A stretch of 64,000 nt of DNA from the human T2T-CHM13v2.0 reference genome, Homo sapiens. The stretch lies in the NCBI RefSeq assembly GCF_009914755.1, contig NC_060947.1, one strand, 5' to 3'. A model generated the notes under the pieces. That model was not told where the DNA came from. It saw only the letters and a list, made by a program, of their open reading frames with translations, and did no database searches. The position numbers and the translations under genes are program-made. Position 1 is the stretch's first letter; each line of letters starts with the position of its first letter. Shown here one piece after another: positions 13,286 through 26,123 of this stretch.

Positions 13286-14274
13286 TCAGGACACCTGTGG
13301 TTAGCATGGTTACCACCCACACTAACGCTTCCTCCCCCCATTAGGCACCAAGCATTGATTCCTTCTTAAACACTCTAGCCCTGGGCTATCGGTGGGTGGG
13401 GAAAGCATTGTTCTTCCTATCTTCTTGACATGTTGATCTTGGCTTAAGACTTGTTGCCCTTAGGTCTTTTCAATCAGTATCTAGGGGGAGCCACTCCCTT
13501 GGCTTCTCAAAAGCTTCTTGTCAGGTGCTCTTTAGATACTATGTAGCTTCTACCTTCAGGCCAGCTTTGTCCTGTCTAGTGAAAAGTGGTTATTGTGGGG
13601 GAAGGGGAAAAGGGAACATTTCCAACCTCTTCCTCCCTTGCACCAGAACTCCCAGGGTCCCCAGACTCCAATTTTTCAGGCATAGTTTCTTTACATCCAT
13701 CAGAGTCTACCCTATAAGATATTTTAGACTGATCCCAGGCAGGTAAGTTACATTTTGCAGAGATTTCACTTATTCCCAAAGTGGTGTCAGCTGGTTGGTA
13801 ATTACAAAACCCAGGACTTCCCCCGCCTTTGTGGTCAAAAAACACTCTCAGCGTTTGCCTCTCTCCTTGACCCCAGCTTCCAGACTGCTTTCGAGTCTGC
13901 ACTGAAATCTCCTGAGGGAGTTCCCCAGCTTTAATTTGGCCAGATGCTCAGTGTCCTGCTCAAATTGCACTCAGCATTTTTTTTTTTCACTTTGAATAGC
14001 TTTTGCACAGACTGTTAGATTCACTCAAACCTGCCCCCGTCTTGAGCTAGTTCTTCCTGCTGGAAGTAGTTGTCTTATTGCAGGCTGAGGAACCCTGATT
14101 AGTTTATTGCCAGGTTTAGTCTTTTCCTCATTCAGAATCCTCTTTATATTTATCATAGAGGGCTTCCACCACTGGCTTTGCATAGTTGATCTTTTTGCAG
14201 TAGGTGCTCGGTAAGTATTCCTCAAGTTGAAATGGAATTGGAATTTAACACAAAAAATCACCATCTTCTGGAGC

Positions 14275-14336
14275 AAGACTGGGGAAATTACTGTCCACCA
14301 GTGGCTGGTTTTTGCGAAACCTCAGCTCTCCCTCTC

Positions 14337-14378
<42 letters not shown>

Positions 14379-14497
14379 CACATTTTTAAAGGGTTGTTAA
14401 AAGAAACAAAGATTATACAACAGAGACTAGATATGTAGCTCACAGTGCCTAAAATATTTACTGTTTGGTTCATTACAGAAAAAGTGTGTTGACTTCT
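14275..14497. mobile_element. MER58-like hAT-Charlie element interrupted by (TG)n at 14341-14375
   Basis: gcctaaaatatttactgtttggttcattacagaaaaagt resembles the MER58 end. Confidence 0.7.
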
Positions 14498-15981
14498 AGA
14501 GTTTTCCTTAGTATCCAAAAACAGAGTTTGAAGCAGTTTTAACCCTATCACCTTCTCTTCCAAGGTTACAGGAAACTTCTGACTTTTATCGCCCCATTTT
14601 ACCATCTCTATCTATCCCTTGCATTCAGTTTCCAGTCTAGCCATGGAGAGTTTAAAAGGTTTCTGTTCTACCTCCTGAACTCACATTTCATTTCTTTCCC
14701 AGCAAGTAACTTCCTTCGGTAAAACCAGCTCCCTGCTCCCTCCCCTCCTGCCTCTAATTAATATCCTTTTGGCTTTTGTGGACACTTCGGAAAGTGAGAG
14801 CTCCTTGCTCATTTTCACAGTCTCAGAAAAATGCTCAGGGTAATTTGAAGACAGAGCAGATGTTAAATATGGGGAGATTTTTGTGGACGACTAAACCATG
14901 GAGACACTTAAAATCCCCCTGCAAATGGAGACTAACTCTGTTTCACCCACAAGGTGATTTATTTCCATAGCTCTTTGGAAGAAGGCAGGATCAGTTTACT
15001 AGGGCTCAGCTTACTCAGCAGAAGGGCTAATCTCCTCTGTTAAAATGTATTTTCTGCTGAATTTAATCTTACTCTCATTGGTTTTCCTTGTGCACTACCT
15101 TCCTAGTTACCAGGGTAGGCCACACCTAAAGAATGTTGCCAGACTCAAACAAAGAACATTAGCTATTAGTCCAAACACAGATACTTACTGAATAACTGTT
15201 AAATACCTAGCATGTGATTGGTGCCATGTAGGGTACAAAGAAGTCTAAAATTGGACTCCAAACCTCCAAAAATTCCAGTATAGCTGGAGAGACAAAATGT
15301 TTAAATAACTATGCAAGGGGTTCTATAATACAATCCTGATGAGTGAATGGCTTTAATTTAATATTTATTATTAATTAAATATTAATTTATATTTAATTAA
15401 TATTAAATATTTATGTATATTAAAAAATATAAAACTGTTACTTTATTCTGAATAAATGGTCACTGCAACCATGCCTTTTGTAATAGAGAAGAGAGAGATC
15501 ATTATGAGCTTTGAGTATCAAAGAAGGTACATAGTAGGTGTTCAATGCAGATTCTTTGAATGACTTTATGAAGAGAGGTTGGGAAAAGCTTTCCAACCTC
15601 ATAGAATAATAGCATTACCAAAGGCTTATAATCAGAAAAAGTTTGGTTTGTTTGCAATACAAGTGAGCAGCCCGGCCTGGTTGGAGCAGATAATTTGTTA
15701 GAGGTTAGGAAAAGTTAAATTCAGCTCTGTAAGTTAGGACCAAATTTTTGAGGAACTTGAATGCCAACTAGAGCAATTGGAACTTGTTCTTTCAGAGGTT
15801 TTGGAGACTGATGGGAGTGGTATTTTACAGAGCACCCTGGTGGTGGTTCAGAATGGTTTAGAGGGTGTATAAACAAGAGGCTGGGAAGACTTTATAGACC
15901 ATTAAGAACCAAGAAGACTAACGCCAGGAGTATACAATATCTTATTTATTCTGTTCGTTCTCCTTGGTGCATACATGCTAT

Positions 15982-17266
15982 TGTGTCCGGAACTGGTGGG
16001 TTCTTGGTCTCACTGACTTCAAGAATGAAGCCGTGGACCCTCGCAGTGAGTGTTAACAGTTCTTAAAGGCGGCGTGTCTGGAGTTTGTTCCTTCTGATGT
16101 TGAGATGCGTTTGGAGTTTCTTCCTTCTGGTGGGTTCGTGGTCTTGCTGGCTCAGAAGTGAAGCTACAGACCTTCGCAGTGAGTGTTACAGCTCATAAAG
16201 GCAGTGTGGACCCAAAGAGTGAGCAGTAGCAAGATTTATTGCAAAGAGCAAAAGAATAAAACTTCCACAGTGTGGAAGGGGACCCGAGTGGGTTGCCTCT
16301 GCTGAATCCGGCAGCCTGCATTTATTCTCTTATCTGGCCCCACCCACATCCTGCTGATTGGTAGAGCCGAGTGGTCCGTTTTGACAGGGCGCTGATTGGT
16401 GTGTTTACAATCCCTGAGCTAGACACAAAGGTTCTCCACGTCCCCACCAGATTAGCTAGATGAAGAGTGTAGACACAAAGGTTCTCCAAGGCCCCACCAG
16501 AATAGCTAGATACAGAGTGTCAATTGGTGCATTCACAAACCCTGAGCTAGACACAGGGTGCTGATTGGTGTGTTTACAAACTTTGAGCTAGATACAGAGT
16601 GCCGATTGGTGTATTTACAATCCCTGAGCTAGACATAAAGGTTCTCCACCTCCCCACTAGACTCAGGAGCCCAGCTGGCTTCACTCAGTGGATCCCGCAC
16701 AGGGGCTGCAGGTGGAGCTGCCTGCCAGTCCCGCACCTCCACCGGCACTCCTCAGCCCTTGGGTGGTCCATGGGACTGGGCGCCATGGAGCAGGGGTCGG
16801 CGCTCATCGGGGAGGCTCCTGCCGCACAGGAGCCCACGGAGCGGGTGGGAGGCTCAGGCATGGCGGGCTGCAGGTCCCGAGCCCTGCCCCGCGGCAAGGC
16901 AGCTAAGGCCCGGCAAGAAATTGAGCACAGCAGCTGCTGGCCCAGGTGCTAAGCCCCTCACTGCCCGGGGCGGTGGGGCCGGCCGGCTAGTCCCAGCGTG
17001 GGGTCCTCCGAGCCCACGCCTACCCGGAACTCATGCTGGCCGGCAAGCACCACACGCAGCCCCGCTTCCCGCCCATGCCTGTCCCTCCACACCTCCCCTC
17101 AAGCTGAGGGAGCCGGCTCCGGCCTTGGCCAGCCCAGAAAGGGGCTCCCACAGTGCAGCGGCGGGCTGAAGGGCTCCTCAAGTGCTGCCGAAGTGGGAGC
17201 CCAGGCAGAGGAAGTGCTGAGATCGAGCAAGGGCTGTGAGGACTGCCAGCATGCTGTCACCTCTCA
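15982..17266 (-). mobile_element. Solo LTR12 (HERV9/ERV9 LTR), 1285 bp
   Basis: Minus strand begins TGAGAGGTGACAGC and ends GGACACA; 4-bp TSD CTAT at 15978-15981 and 17267-17270; tandem U3 repeats with five CCAAT boxes; CpG-rich. Confidence 0.97.
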
Positions 17267-17589
17267 CTATTTAACTAGCGAGAAAGACTGACAAATACAA
17301 AGTTTGACTTCCTTGAGTCTTTTACCATCCTCTGAAAAATACCTTAACTGCTGTATATGTCAGATTTTGCAGCCAAATCGACACACCCATGCTGGGTTAA
17401 GAGCAGCTAGACTGTGCTGGTAGTGCATATTCAGCAGGTGGCAGGACCATGAAAGTGTTTTAAAGATACCTGGAAGTTTCTCTCCCTTAAAAATGCCTCT
17501 GGTAGCTGCTCTTGAAGATTCAGAAGCCAAAGATGTCTTATGGCCTCAAAGAATGACAAGTGAACATGGTGGCTAATAATTCCAAAATC

Positions 17590-18850
17590 AATACCACCTG
17601 CTAGATCTCTTACAAGATCCATGTATCAAGCTGCCTACTGGAACCCTCTGAATGTTTGATAGGCACCTCAAATTAGAATGTATAAAACCAGACAGGTGCT
17701 AGTTTCAACATTTCAACATTTCTGAACATCTGAAGTCCCAGCTACTTAGGAGGCTGAGGTGGGAGTATTGCTTGAGTCCAGGAGTTCGGGGCCATAGTAT
17801 GCGATGCTGATTGGGTGTCCACACTAAGTTTGGCATCAATATGGTGACTTCCCAGGAGTTGGGGACTACCAGGTGGCCTAAGGAGGGGTGAATCAGCCCA
17901 GGTCGGAAATGAAGCAGACCAAAAACTACTGTGCTGGTCACTAGTGGGATCACGCCTGTAAGTAGTGGGCAATATAGAGACCTGGGCAACATAGAGAGAC
18001 CCTGTATGAAAAAAAAAAAAGAATATATAAAAACCAAACATATAATCTGCCTCCATCGCTACCCATTAATCTGTTATGCCTCTGTCTGTATGCCTCATCT
18101 CCATGAATGGTACCACTAATTGCCTAGTTACCCAGAGAGGTCACAAAACACAGATTTACAAAAATCTTTCCCTCCTCCTCACCATGCACAATCAATCATT
18201 AAAATACCTCAGAGCTTTGAGATATTTTACAGATTTGAGATATTTTACTGATTGATTAAATATGGGTGGTAAGGAAGAGATATTGATTGAATATTTTAGT
18301 GATTGATTAAATCTTGCCACTCCTCCATGTACAGGGCTTAAGTAGTGCCCCATATTCCTCTCGAGGTAAAACCCAGACTCCTTAGTTTGGTTCACAAGCC
18401 TTCTAGCATATCTCACTTTTCTTTCCAACTCATGCCTTGTGTTCCATTCACACAGAACAGCTACTCCTTCCTTAAGTGCCTGCTCATGCCCCAGTGCCTT
18501 AGCACATATTGTGTGCACACTCTCTCTCTGGAAATTCTTACCTCTTCTTTGCTTCTTTATTTACTACTTGTCATTCAAGATAGCTTAACCATAACCTGTT
18601 TGAGAAACCCTTCCTGAACCCTCCTAGTGTGGGTCAGATGTTCCTCTGTGGTCCCTGTGGTACTCTAGTCATACTTTGAATAGAAAAGGAATCACATTCC
18701 ATTATATTGTAATGGTCTGTTTGTCTCTTCCAAAGGAAAATGAGTTATTTGAAGGAAAGGGCCCGTGTCTTTTTTTTCTGTTAACAATATCTACATCCTT
18801 TAAAGTATTTGTAATTGGAATAGATCGGTGAATGAATTTAAACATATTCA
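17590..18850 (+). mobile_element. Fragmented L2, interrupted by the 7SL retrocopy
   Basis: caagctgcctactgg...taggcacctcaaa; aaacccagactccttagtttggttcacaagcc; ends gtgaatgaat. Confidence 0.65.
17688..18020 (+). pseudogene. 7SL (SRP RNA) processed pseudogene, RN7SL-type
   Basis: Contains the S domain absent from Alu (cactaagtttggcatcaatatggtgact...aaggaggggtgaatcagcccaggtcggaaa), an A tail and TSD agaat(g/a)tataaa. Confidence 0.93.
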
Positions 18851-18904
18851 AAGTGACATATAAAGGGATGATACCTGACCCCTTATGGAGTCAGGTACCT
18901 GACT

Positions 18905-19001
18905 GAGGGGAGAAGGTAGAGCATGATAGAAAATGGGTTCTCTAATCATGAATATGGGAATCAAATCAAGGTAAATACAGCCTATTTCATCAATTTGCCA
19001 A
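18905..19001. repeat. 97-bp direct repeat, copy 1
   Basis: Matches 20297-20393 with one mismatch (gggttc/gggatc). Confidence 0.95.
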
Positions 19002-19614
19002 ACAGCAGGTTTGGTAGGTACAGAGCAAAGAAAGCATGAAGGTGGCAGTGGACTTAAAATATGGGGAAGATGTTATTATGTGGAACATTAGGGGATGCCA
19101 TGAACAGAGAAAAAGTCACACTGAAGGTCCCACAGAAACTGCCCATCATTGGAGAGGGCAAGCCCTGGCAAGATAGGAATCTCTGTTCCAAAAGAGAAAC
19201 AGTCCAGCCTAACCAGGAGAAATAGCTGACTTCCTGGGAGGGTAGAGCACAACAGGATGCTGGAAGTTAACAGAAGGCTACTGCTCACCCAGGGGAAAAT
19301 AGACATTGCGTATAGAAGGAAAAAGATTTTCAGACTTTCGGTCACAAGAAAGCATCTGAGTGAAAGCATCGTTAACCACCTCCCCCTTTCCCCCAACCTG
19401 AGTGACTCAGAATGAGAGTTCTTTAGACTTGGGCAAGATAAGGTATGAGATAGTCTGGTCTTGAGGCACTGCCTGCATGATATGATTTGATGGAAAATAG
19501 GTTCTAAGTTGCTAGAGGGCATGGACATACTGTACCCTTTTCGGCATCATCCCATAAGGCTCAAGGCAGAATCCTGCACATAGAAGGCATTCCTTCCATC
19601 TGTAACATGTCAAA

Positions 19615-20204
<590 letters not shown>

Positions 20205-20296
20205 TCAAGACATCACCGTGTTATAAGTTACCACAGCCAGCCAAAGGAAGACTATGACAAAGACCCAAGGTAAGAAGCACCTTACTAGGGTAAACA

Positions 20297-20393
20297 GAGG
20301 GGAGAAGGTAGAGCATGATAGAAAATGGGATCTCTAATCATGAATATGGGAATCAAATCAAGGTAAATACAGCCTATTTCATCAATTTGCCAA
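20297..20393. repeat. 97-bp direct repeat, copy 2
   Basis: Matches 18905-19001. Confidence 0.95.
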
Positions 20394-21094
20394 GGACTTC
20401 ACATAATAGCAGCACAATATCGCCAAGTGATGAGGCCTAGGCTCTGTTACTGAGGTAGACTTTTAATTGGTCTTAAATATGTACACTACAGACACTCACA
20501 CCATAAACCATGAGGTGAAGGCCTCATATTGTGATATAAAATGAACTGTGTATTTTATTAAATTTTGGGAATGAAACAGTGCCACAGTGTGGTCCATGTA
20601 CAGAGTTTGATAAAGTGTGTGAGGAGCTACTCATTTTATAGCAGGGGAGATGTCATTGGTAATATGGCTTTACCAGGAAATATATGGGCAGGAAATAAAA
20701 TGAAAGCTATCCTGGAACCTTCTCCCTTTCCCCTTCCCCATTCCCCTTCCCTTGGAACCTTAAAAAGAAGAAGGAGCTGTCTGAATGACTGTGTTCTTGG
20801 ATAAATATTATGTAGAGTAGTCAGAAATGCCAGGAGACATCTTGTCTTTAAAGCACTTACATACTCTGCATACATGAGCAAATAAGACAAAAACTAGATA
20901 TGGTTGCAGGTCACAGGACAGAGAAAGGCATCTGTGGGGCCCTAGAAATTACCTACTCCATCACAGAAAACTGAAGTCAGCTTTAAAGCAAGAAAATGGC
21001 CTGTCTTATCTTTGTATTTTCCCAGGGCTTAGCATAGTGCCTGGCACATGTTAGTTATTCGGTAAATGTCTTTTGGATTCCCAAGTAAGGGCTG

Positions 21095-21570
21095 GTATTA
21101 GTTTTCTAGCGCTGCCATAACTAAGTGAGACAAACTGGGTGGTTTAAAGCAACAGAAATTATTTTGTCACAGTTCTAGAGGCCCGAAGCCCCAAATCAAG
21201 GTGCTGGCAGGGCCAGGTTCTCTCTGAAGCTCCTAGGGGAGGATTCTTCCTTGGTTCTTCTAGCTACAAGTAACCCCAGATATTCCTTGGCTTGTGGCAG
21301 GATCACTCCAATGTCTGCCTCCATCTTTACATGGCTGTCTTCCTTCTGTGTGTCTCTGTGTCTCTGCATGGGATTCTCCTCTCTGTGTCTCTCTCTGTTT
21401 CTTCTCCTCTTCTTAAAAGGACATTAGTCATATTTGGATTAGGGCTTACCCCAGTGACCTCATCTTAACTTGATTACATCTGCAAAGACCCTATTTTCAA
21501 AATAGGTCATGTTCACAGGTACTGGGATTAGGATTTCAACACATCTTTTTAGTGACACAATTTAACCCAC
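21095..21570 (-). mobile_element. MLT1 (MaLR) solo LTR, MLT1C-like
   Basis: gtattagtttt...aaactgggtggtttaaagcaacagaaatt...gattacatctgcaaagaccctatttt. Confidence 0.9.
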
Positions 21571-22196
21571 AGGGTCCAAATGAACCCAGGCTCCTAACAG
21601 CATTTTTTGGTTATTAAGTTTAGGGAACAATCTTTTTCCAGACCTAGCTTTGGGCTTGATCTCTATTATAGTCAAGCTCTCACTTTTTCTGTCTAACTTT
21701 CTTTGTACAATCTTTGTTTGAATGGTCATGTTTTCAATATCTTAATTTACTTGGACAAATGGCATACCCTCCCCATTGTTTAAGGTTTGTTTACTTTCTT
21801 TGTGCAAGTGTTCTTTGTTCAAATTCTTTCGGTGTAACTATGTTTATTTTCTCTAGTTTGCAAATATTGATGGTGGTGGAAAAGATGGCTCTTGAGGAAG
21901 CAAGAAGGACTGAGATGCTGATGAAGTGCAGGGAAAACGTTCCAGCCCTGTCCCTTGATTTGCTAGGCCTGGCTAGTTAGGTTGTGTTTCCTGAGATCAG
22001 CCATATCTCATCCCATATCAGGGCCTTGGGGTTGCCACCATCAGCCCTCCCTCCCTCTAGTTCAATACTTAGCTATGGGTCTATCTGAATCTGGTTCCTG
22101 ATTGGTAAATTATAAAGTAGGATGAAAGTAGGGTTTCTCAACCCGGGATCCACAGACTAGCTGAAGTCTACCAAATTGTGAGTGAATATGTGTATT

Positions 22197-22631
22197 TGTA
22201 TTAATTTACTGAGGCTGCTATAACAAATTAGCACAGAAATTTATTTTCTCACCGTTCTGGATACCAGAAGTCAGAAATCAAAGGGTCAGGAGGGTCAAGC
22301 TTCCTCCAGAGGCTCTAGGAGAGAGTCTGTTTTTTGCCTCTTCCAGCTTCTGGTAACTGCCAGAATGTCTTGACTTGTGGCTATATCACTCCAGTCTCTA
22401 CCTCTATTTTCACATTGCTTCCTTCTCTTCTATCTTGCCTGTGTGTTTCTTAGAAGGACACTTGCCACCTGATTGAGGGCCCGACTGAATAATCCAAGAT
22501 GATTGCCTCATCTCAAGATCCTTAATTTAATTACATCTGCAAAGTCTCTTTTTCTAAATAAGGTCACATTCACATGTTCTGGAGATTAGGATGTGAACAT
22601 ATCTTTCTGGGAACAACCATTCAAACCACTA

Positions 22632-22633
<2 letters not shown>
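22197..22633 (-). mobile_element. MLT1 (MaLR) solo LTR nested in a short hAT-Charlie element (~22130-22770)
   Basis: tgtattaattt...gctgctataacaaatt...ttacatctgcaaagtctc; flanks agggtttctcaacc and ttaagaaccc. Confidence 0.85.
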
Positions 22634-22679
<46 letters not shown>

Positions 22680-22693
22680 GGGGGGAGGGGGGG
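22634..22693. repeat. (TG)n microsatellite followed by a G run
   Basis: Direct observation. Confidence 0.95.
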
Positions 22694-22914
22694 CACAGGC
22701 AGGGAAGTCTGTTTATAGATTTTTACCAGATTCTCTGGGGGCTGTGATAAAAATAAAAATTAAGAACCCATAATCGTTAAGCTCTTTTTAAGTCCAACAT
22801 TCTATGACTTTGTAATTGGTGTGGTACATATGACTTGGTCTTAGTAAAATACCTTGCATGTAAGAGGTACTCAGTAAATTTGGGTAGGTTTGATTTGGCA
22901 TTGGAATTATAATA

Positions 22915-23165
22915 ATATTAATATGTAACATTATTGAGCACTTACCATGTGGTAAGCACTTTCCAAATGTCTTATGTGTGCTAATTTATTTGATCTTCAC
23001 AACAACCCCATGAAGTAGCATTATCAGCCCCATTTTTTATGAAAAAGCTGAGGCACAGAGACATTAAGTAACTTGCTTAAGGTTACACAGATAATTGGTG
23101 GCAGGGGTAGGATTCTAATTCAGCCAGTCTGGCCTCAGAGTCTATGCCCTTAACTGCTATACTTT
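22915..23165 (-). mobile_element. MIR
   Basis: ttattgagcacttacc...cacaacaaccccatgaag...gctgaggcacagaga...taagtaacttgc. Confidence 0.9.
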
Positions 23166-23199
23166 GTGAAAGTACTCAGTTTCAATTTTAAAATTTATG

Positions 23200-23695
23200 G
23201 AACATCCATTGTCATAAAAGACAAAGGACTGCTGTGGAAATGTTCCAGATAAAATGGGGCTAAAGAGACATGACAATTAAATGAAATACCTTATCCTAGC
23301 CTGAATCTCATATGGGAGGGGAGCAACATCCTATAGAGGGCATTATTGGGCCAATTGACAAAACTGGAAAAGAGTTAGTAGACTAGATAAAATATTGGAC
23401 TGATGTTGATATTGCTGAAATTATTAACCGCACTGTGGTATGTAAGACAATATGCTCATAGCTAGGAAATATACATCAAAGCAGTTAGAGGCAACAGGCC
23501 GTGATGTATGCGATTTACTCCCAAATGATTTGGAAATTTAGATAGACAGATAAAAATGATAAAGCAAATGGGGTAAAATGTTTATAATAGGGTTATTATC
23601 ATGGGTAAAGTATAGGTGAGTATTCTTTGTGCCGTTTTATTCTTGTAATTTTTCTAAGTTTGAAATTATTTCCAAACAAGACGCTCATTTTTAAA
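23200..23695 (+). mobile_element. L1MC/MD-type 3' end
   Basis: gttccagataaa...aagagacatgacaattaaatg...taagtttgaaattatttccaaa. Confidence 0.8.
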
Positions 23696-23789
23696 AATGT
23701 ATGGATCTTTCTTGGGGAGCTGGATGGCTCCCTTTTGTTAAAATATTTACATTTGATGCTAAATGTGCAAATAACATATTTTAGCCTTC

Positions 23790-24350
<561 letters not shown>

Positions 24351-24745
24351 AGCTACCTCCAGTTACAAATAGCCCATTTAAACATTTCTGAACATAAAAA
24401 TCTTTATTGTTAGCCTAACTTTCTGACCCAGTGGTCTGAAGGTCAGTGGGAGGGTTTTCTCTCTTTTCTTGGCTCCACTAGTGATGATAGTCTCGGGCCG
24501 TGAGGAGCCGAAAAGGGAGGATCAGACTAAAAGAATAATGTTTCTATCTTTGATAAATGGAATTGGCATTCCCACGTGAACAGGAAATGTTGACTTGTTA
24601 ATATCCTCCTTTGGGTTTATTACATGCAGTCTATTTACATCCTTTGAATATACTCAGTCAGGAGGTATTCAAGACAAGCAGCCCCATCTCAGAGAGATAT
24701 CCTCTTTTCTGTTCGTCTGTCTACTGACAAAAAGTAGAGAATATT

Positions 24746-25047
24746 GGCCCACCGTGGTGGCTGACGCCTGTAATCCCAGCACTTTGGGAGGCTGAGGCAG
24801 GCGGATCACGAGGTCATGAGATCGAGACCATCCTGGCGAGCACTGTGAAACCCTGTCTCTACTAAAAATACAAAAAAATTAGCCGGGCATGGTGGCGGGC
24901 GCCTGTAGTCCCAGCTACTCGGGAGGCTGAGGCAGGAGAATGGCATGAATCTGGGGGTGCAGACAGAGCCTGCAGTGAGTCAAGATCGCGCCACTGCACT
25001 GCAGCCTAGGCGACAGAGCGAGACTGTGTCTCAAAAAAAAAAAAAAA
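24746..25047 (+). mobile_element. AluY/Sc-like
   Basis: Alu consensus; TSD aaaaagt(a/c)gagaatatt. Confidence 0.95.
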
Positions 25048-25375
25048 GTCGAGAATATTAAGCATACTGCCTAATTTTATTATATTACAACATGGCACAA
25101 ACATTTAAGATTAGTTACATGTGGATTGAAATATTCTTTATGATTGGATGGACATAAACCATTGTATATATTTATTGAATGTCTATAATTTTCATAGCGC
25201 TGCAGCACTGTACAGTAGGTACAGTAGGGGTCATATGGTAGATATAGACTATGTCCTCAAAACCATACAAACTAGTTTGAAAATGAGACATAAGAGCAGA
25301 AAATATTACTGCAAGGTGATAGTTAGGAAAGGACTATATAGGCAAAAAGTGCTTCAGTGTCCAGAGGGGAGATAA

Positions 25376-25692
<317 letters not shown>

Positions 25693-25946
25693 GGGAACGC
25701 TTTTTTTTTTTTTTAAATAAACTGGACCTTAAAGGGCAAATAAGATTTGGATAAGCAGAGGAAAGGCATTCCAGTGGATGGTCATTGAGGTGGGAAGGCA
25801 TAGGTTTCATGAGCTAGTATTGAATCAGAATGTAAAGAGCCTTGAAATTGGTCAATGGGGGGTTATTAAAGGTTTCTGAACCAGTAAGTTGCGTAATGAA
25901 GCAGTGTTTGTAAATGTCCTGGCAACAGTGAGTAGAGAGGAATAAT

Positions 25947-26123
25947 CATGGGTTCTCAAACCTGACTGCACATTAAAATCAACTGGGGAGATTTACAAAA
26001 TATTGATGTCTGGCTCCTAACCTCAGAGATTCTGACTTAATAGTATGGGATATAGCCTTGGCCTTAAGATTTTAAGAAGATCCCCAGATATTCCTAATAT
26101 TCAGCAAAGTTTGAGAACCACTG
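25947..26123. mobile_element. MER5-type hAT-Charlie MITE inside an L2 relic (~25180-26900)
   Basis: TIR-like ends ggttctcaaac and gtttgagaaccactg. Confidence 0.85.

Noticed and set aside
16340-16660. Regularly spaced ~40-bp repeats resembling a repeat-spacer array
   Set aside because: These are the known tandem U3 enhancer repeats of LTR12, not CRISPR-like.
16599-17291. ORFs of 70-136 aa
   Set aside because: They lie within the GC-rich LTR12 U3 region and show no gag/pol/env similarity.
19088-19528. 146-aa minus-strand ORF between the 100-bp repeats, considered as cargo of an LTR-like unit
   Set aside because: No recognisable protein features; the repeats lack TG..CA ends, a primer-binding site or a TSD, and the interval contains an ancient MIR.
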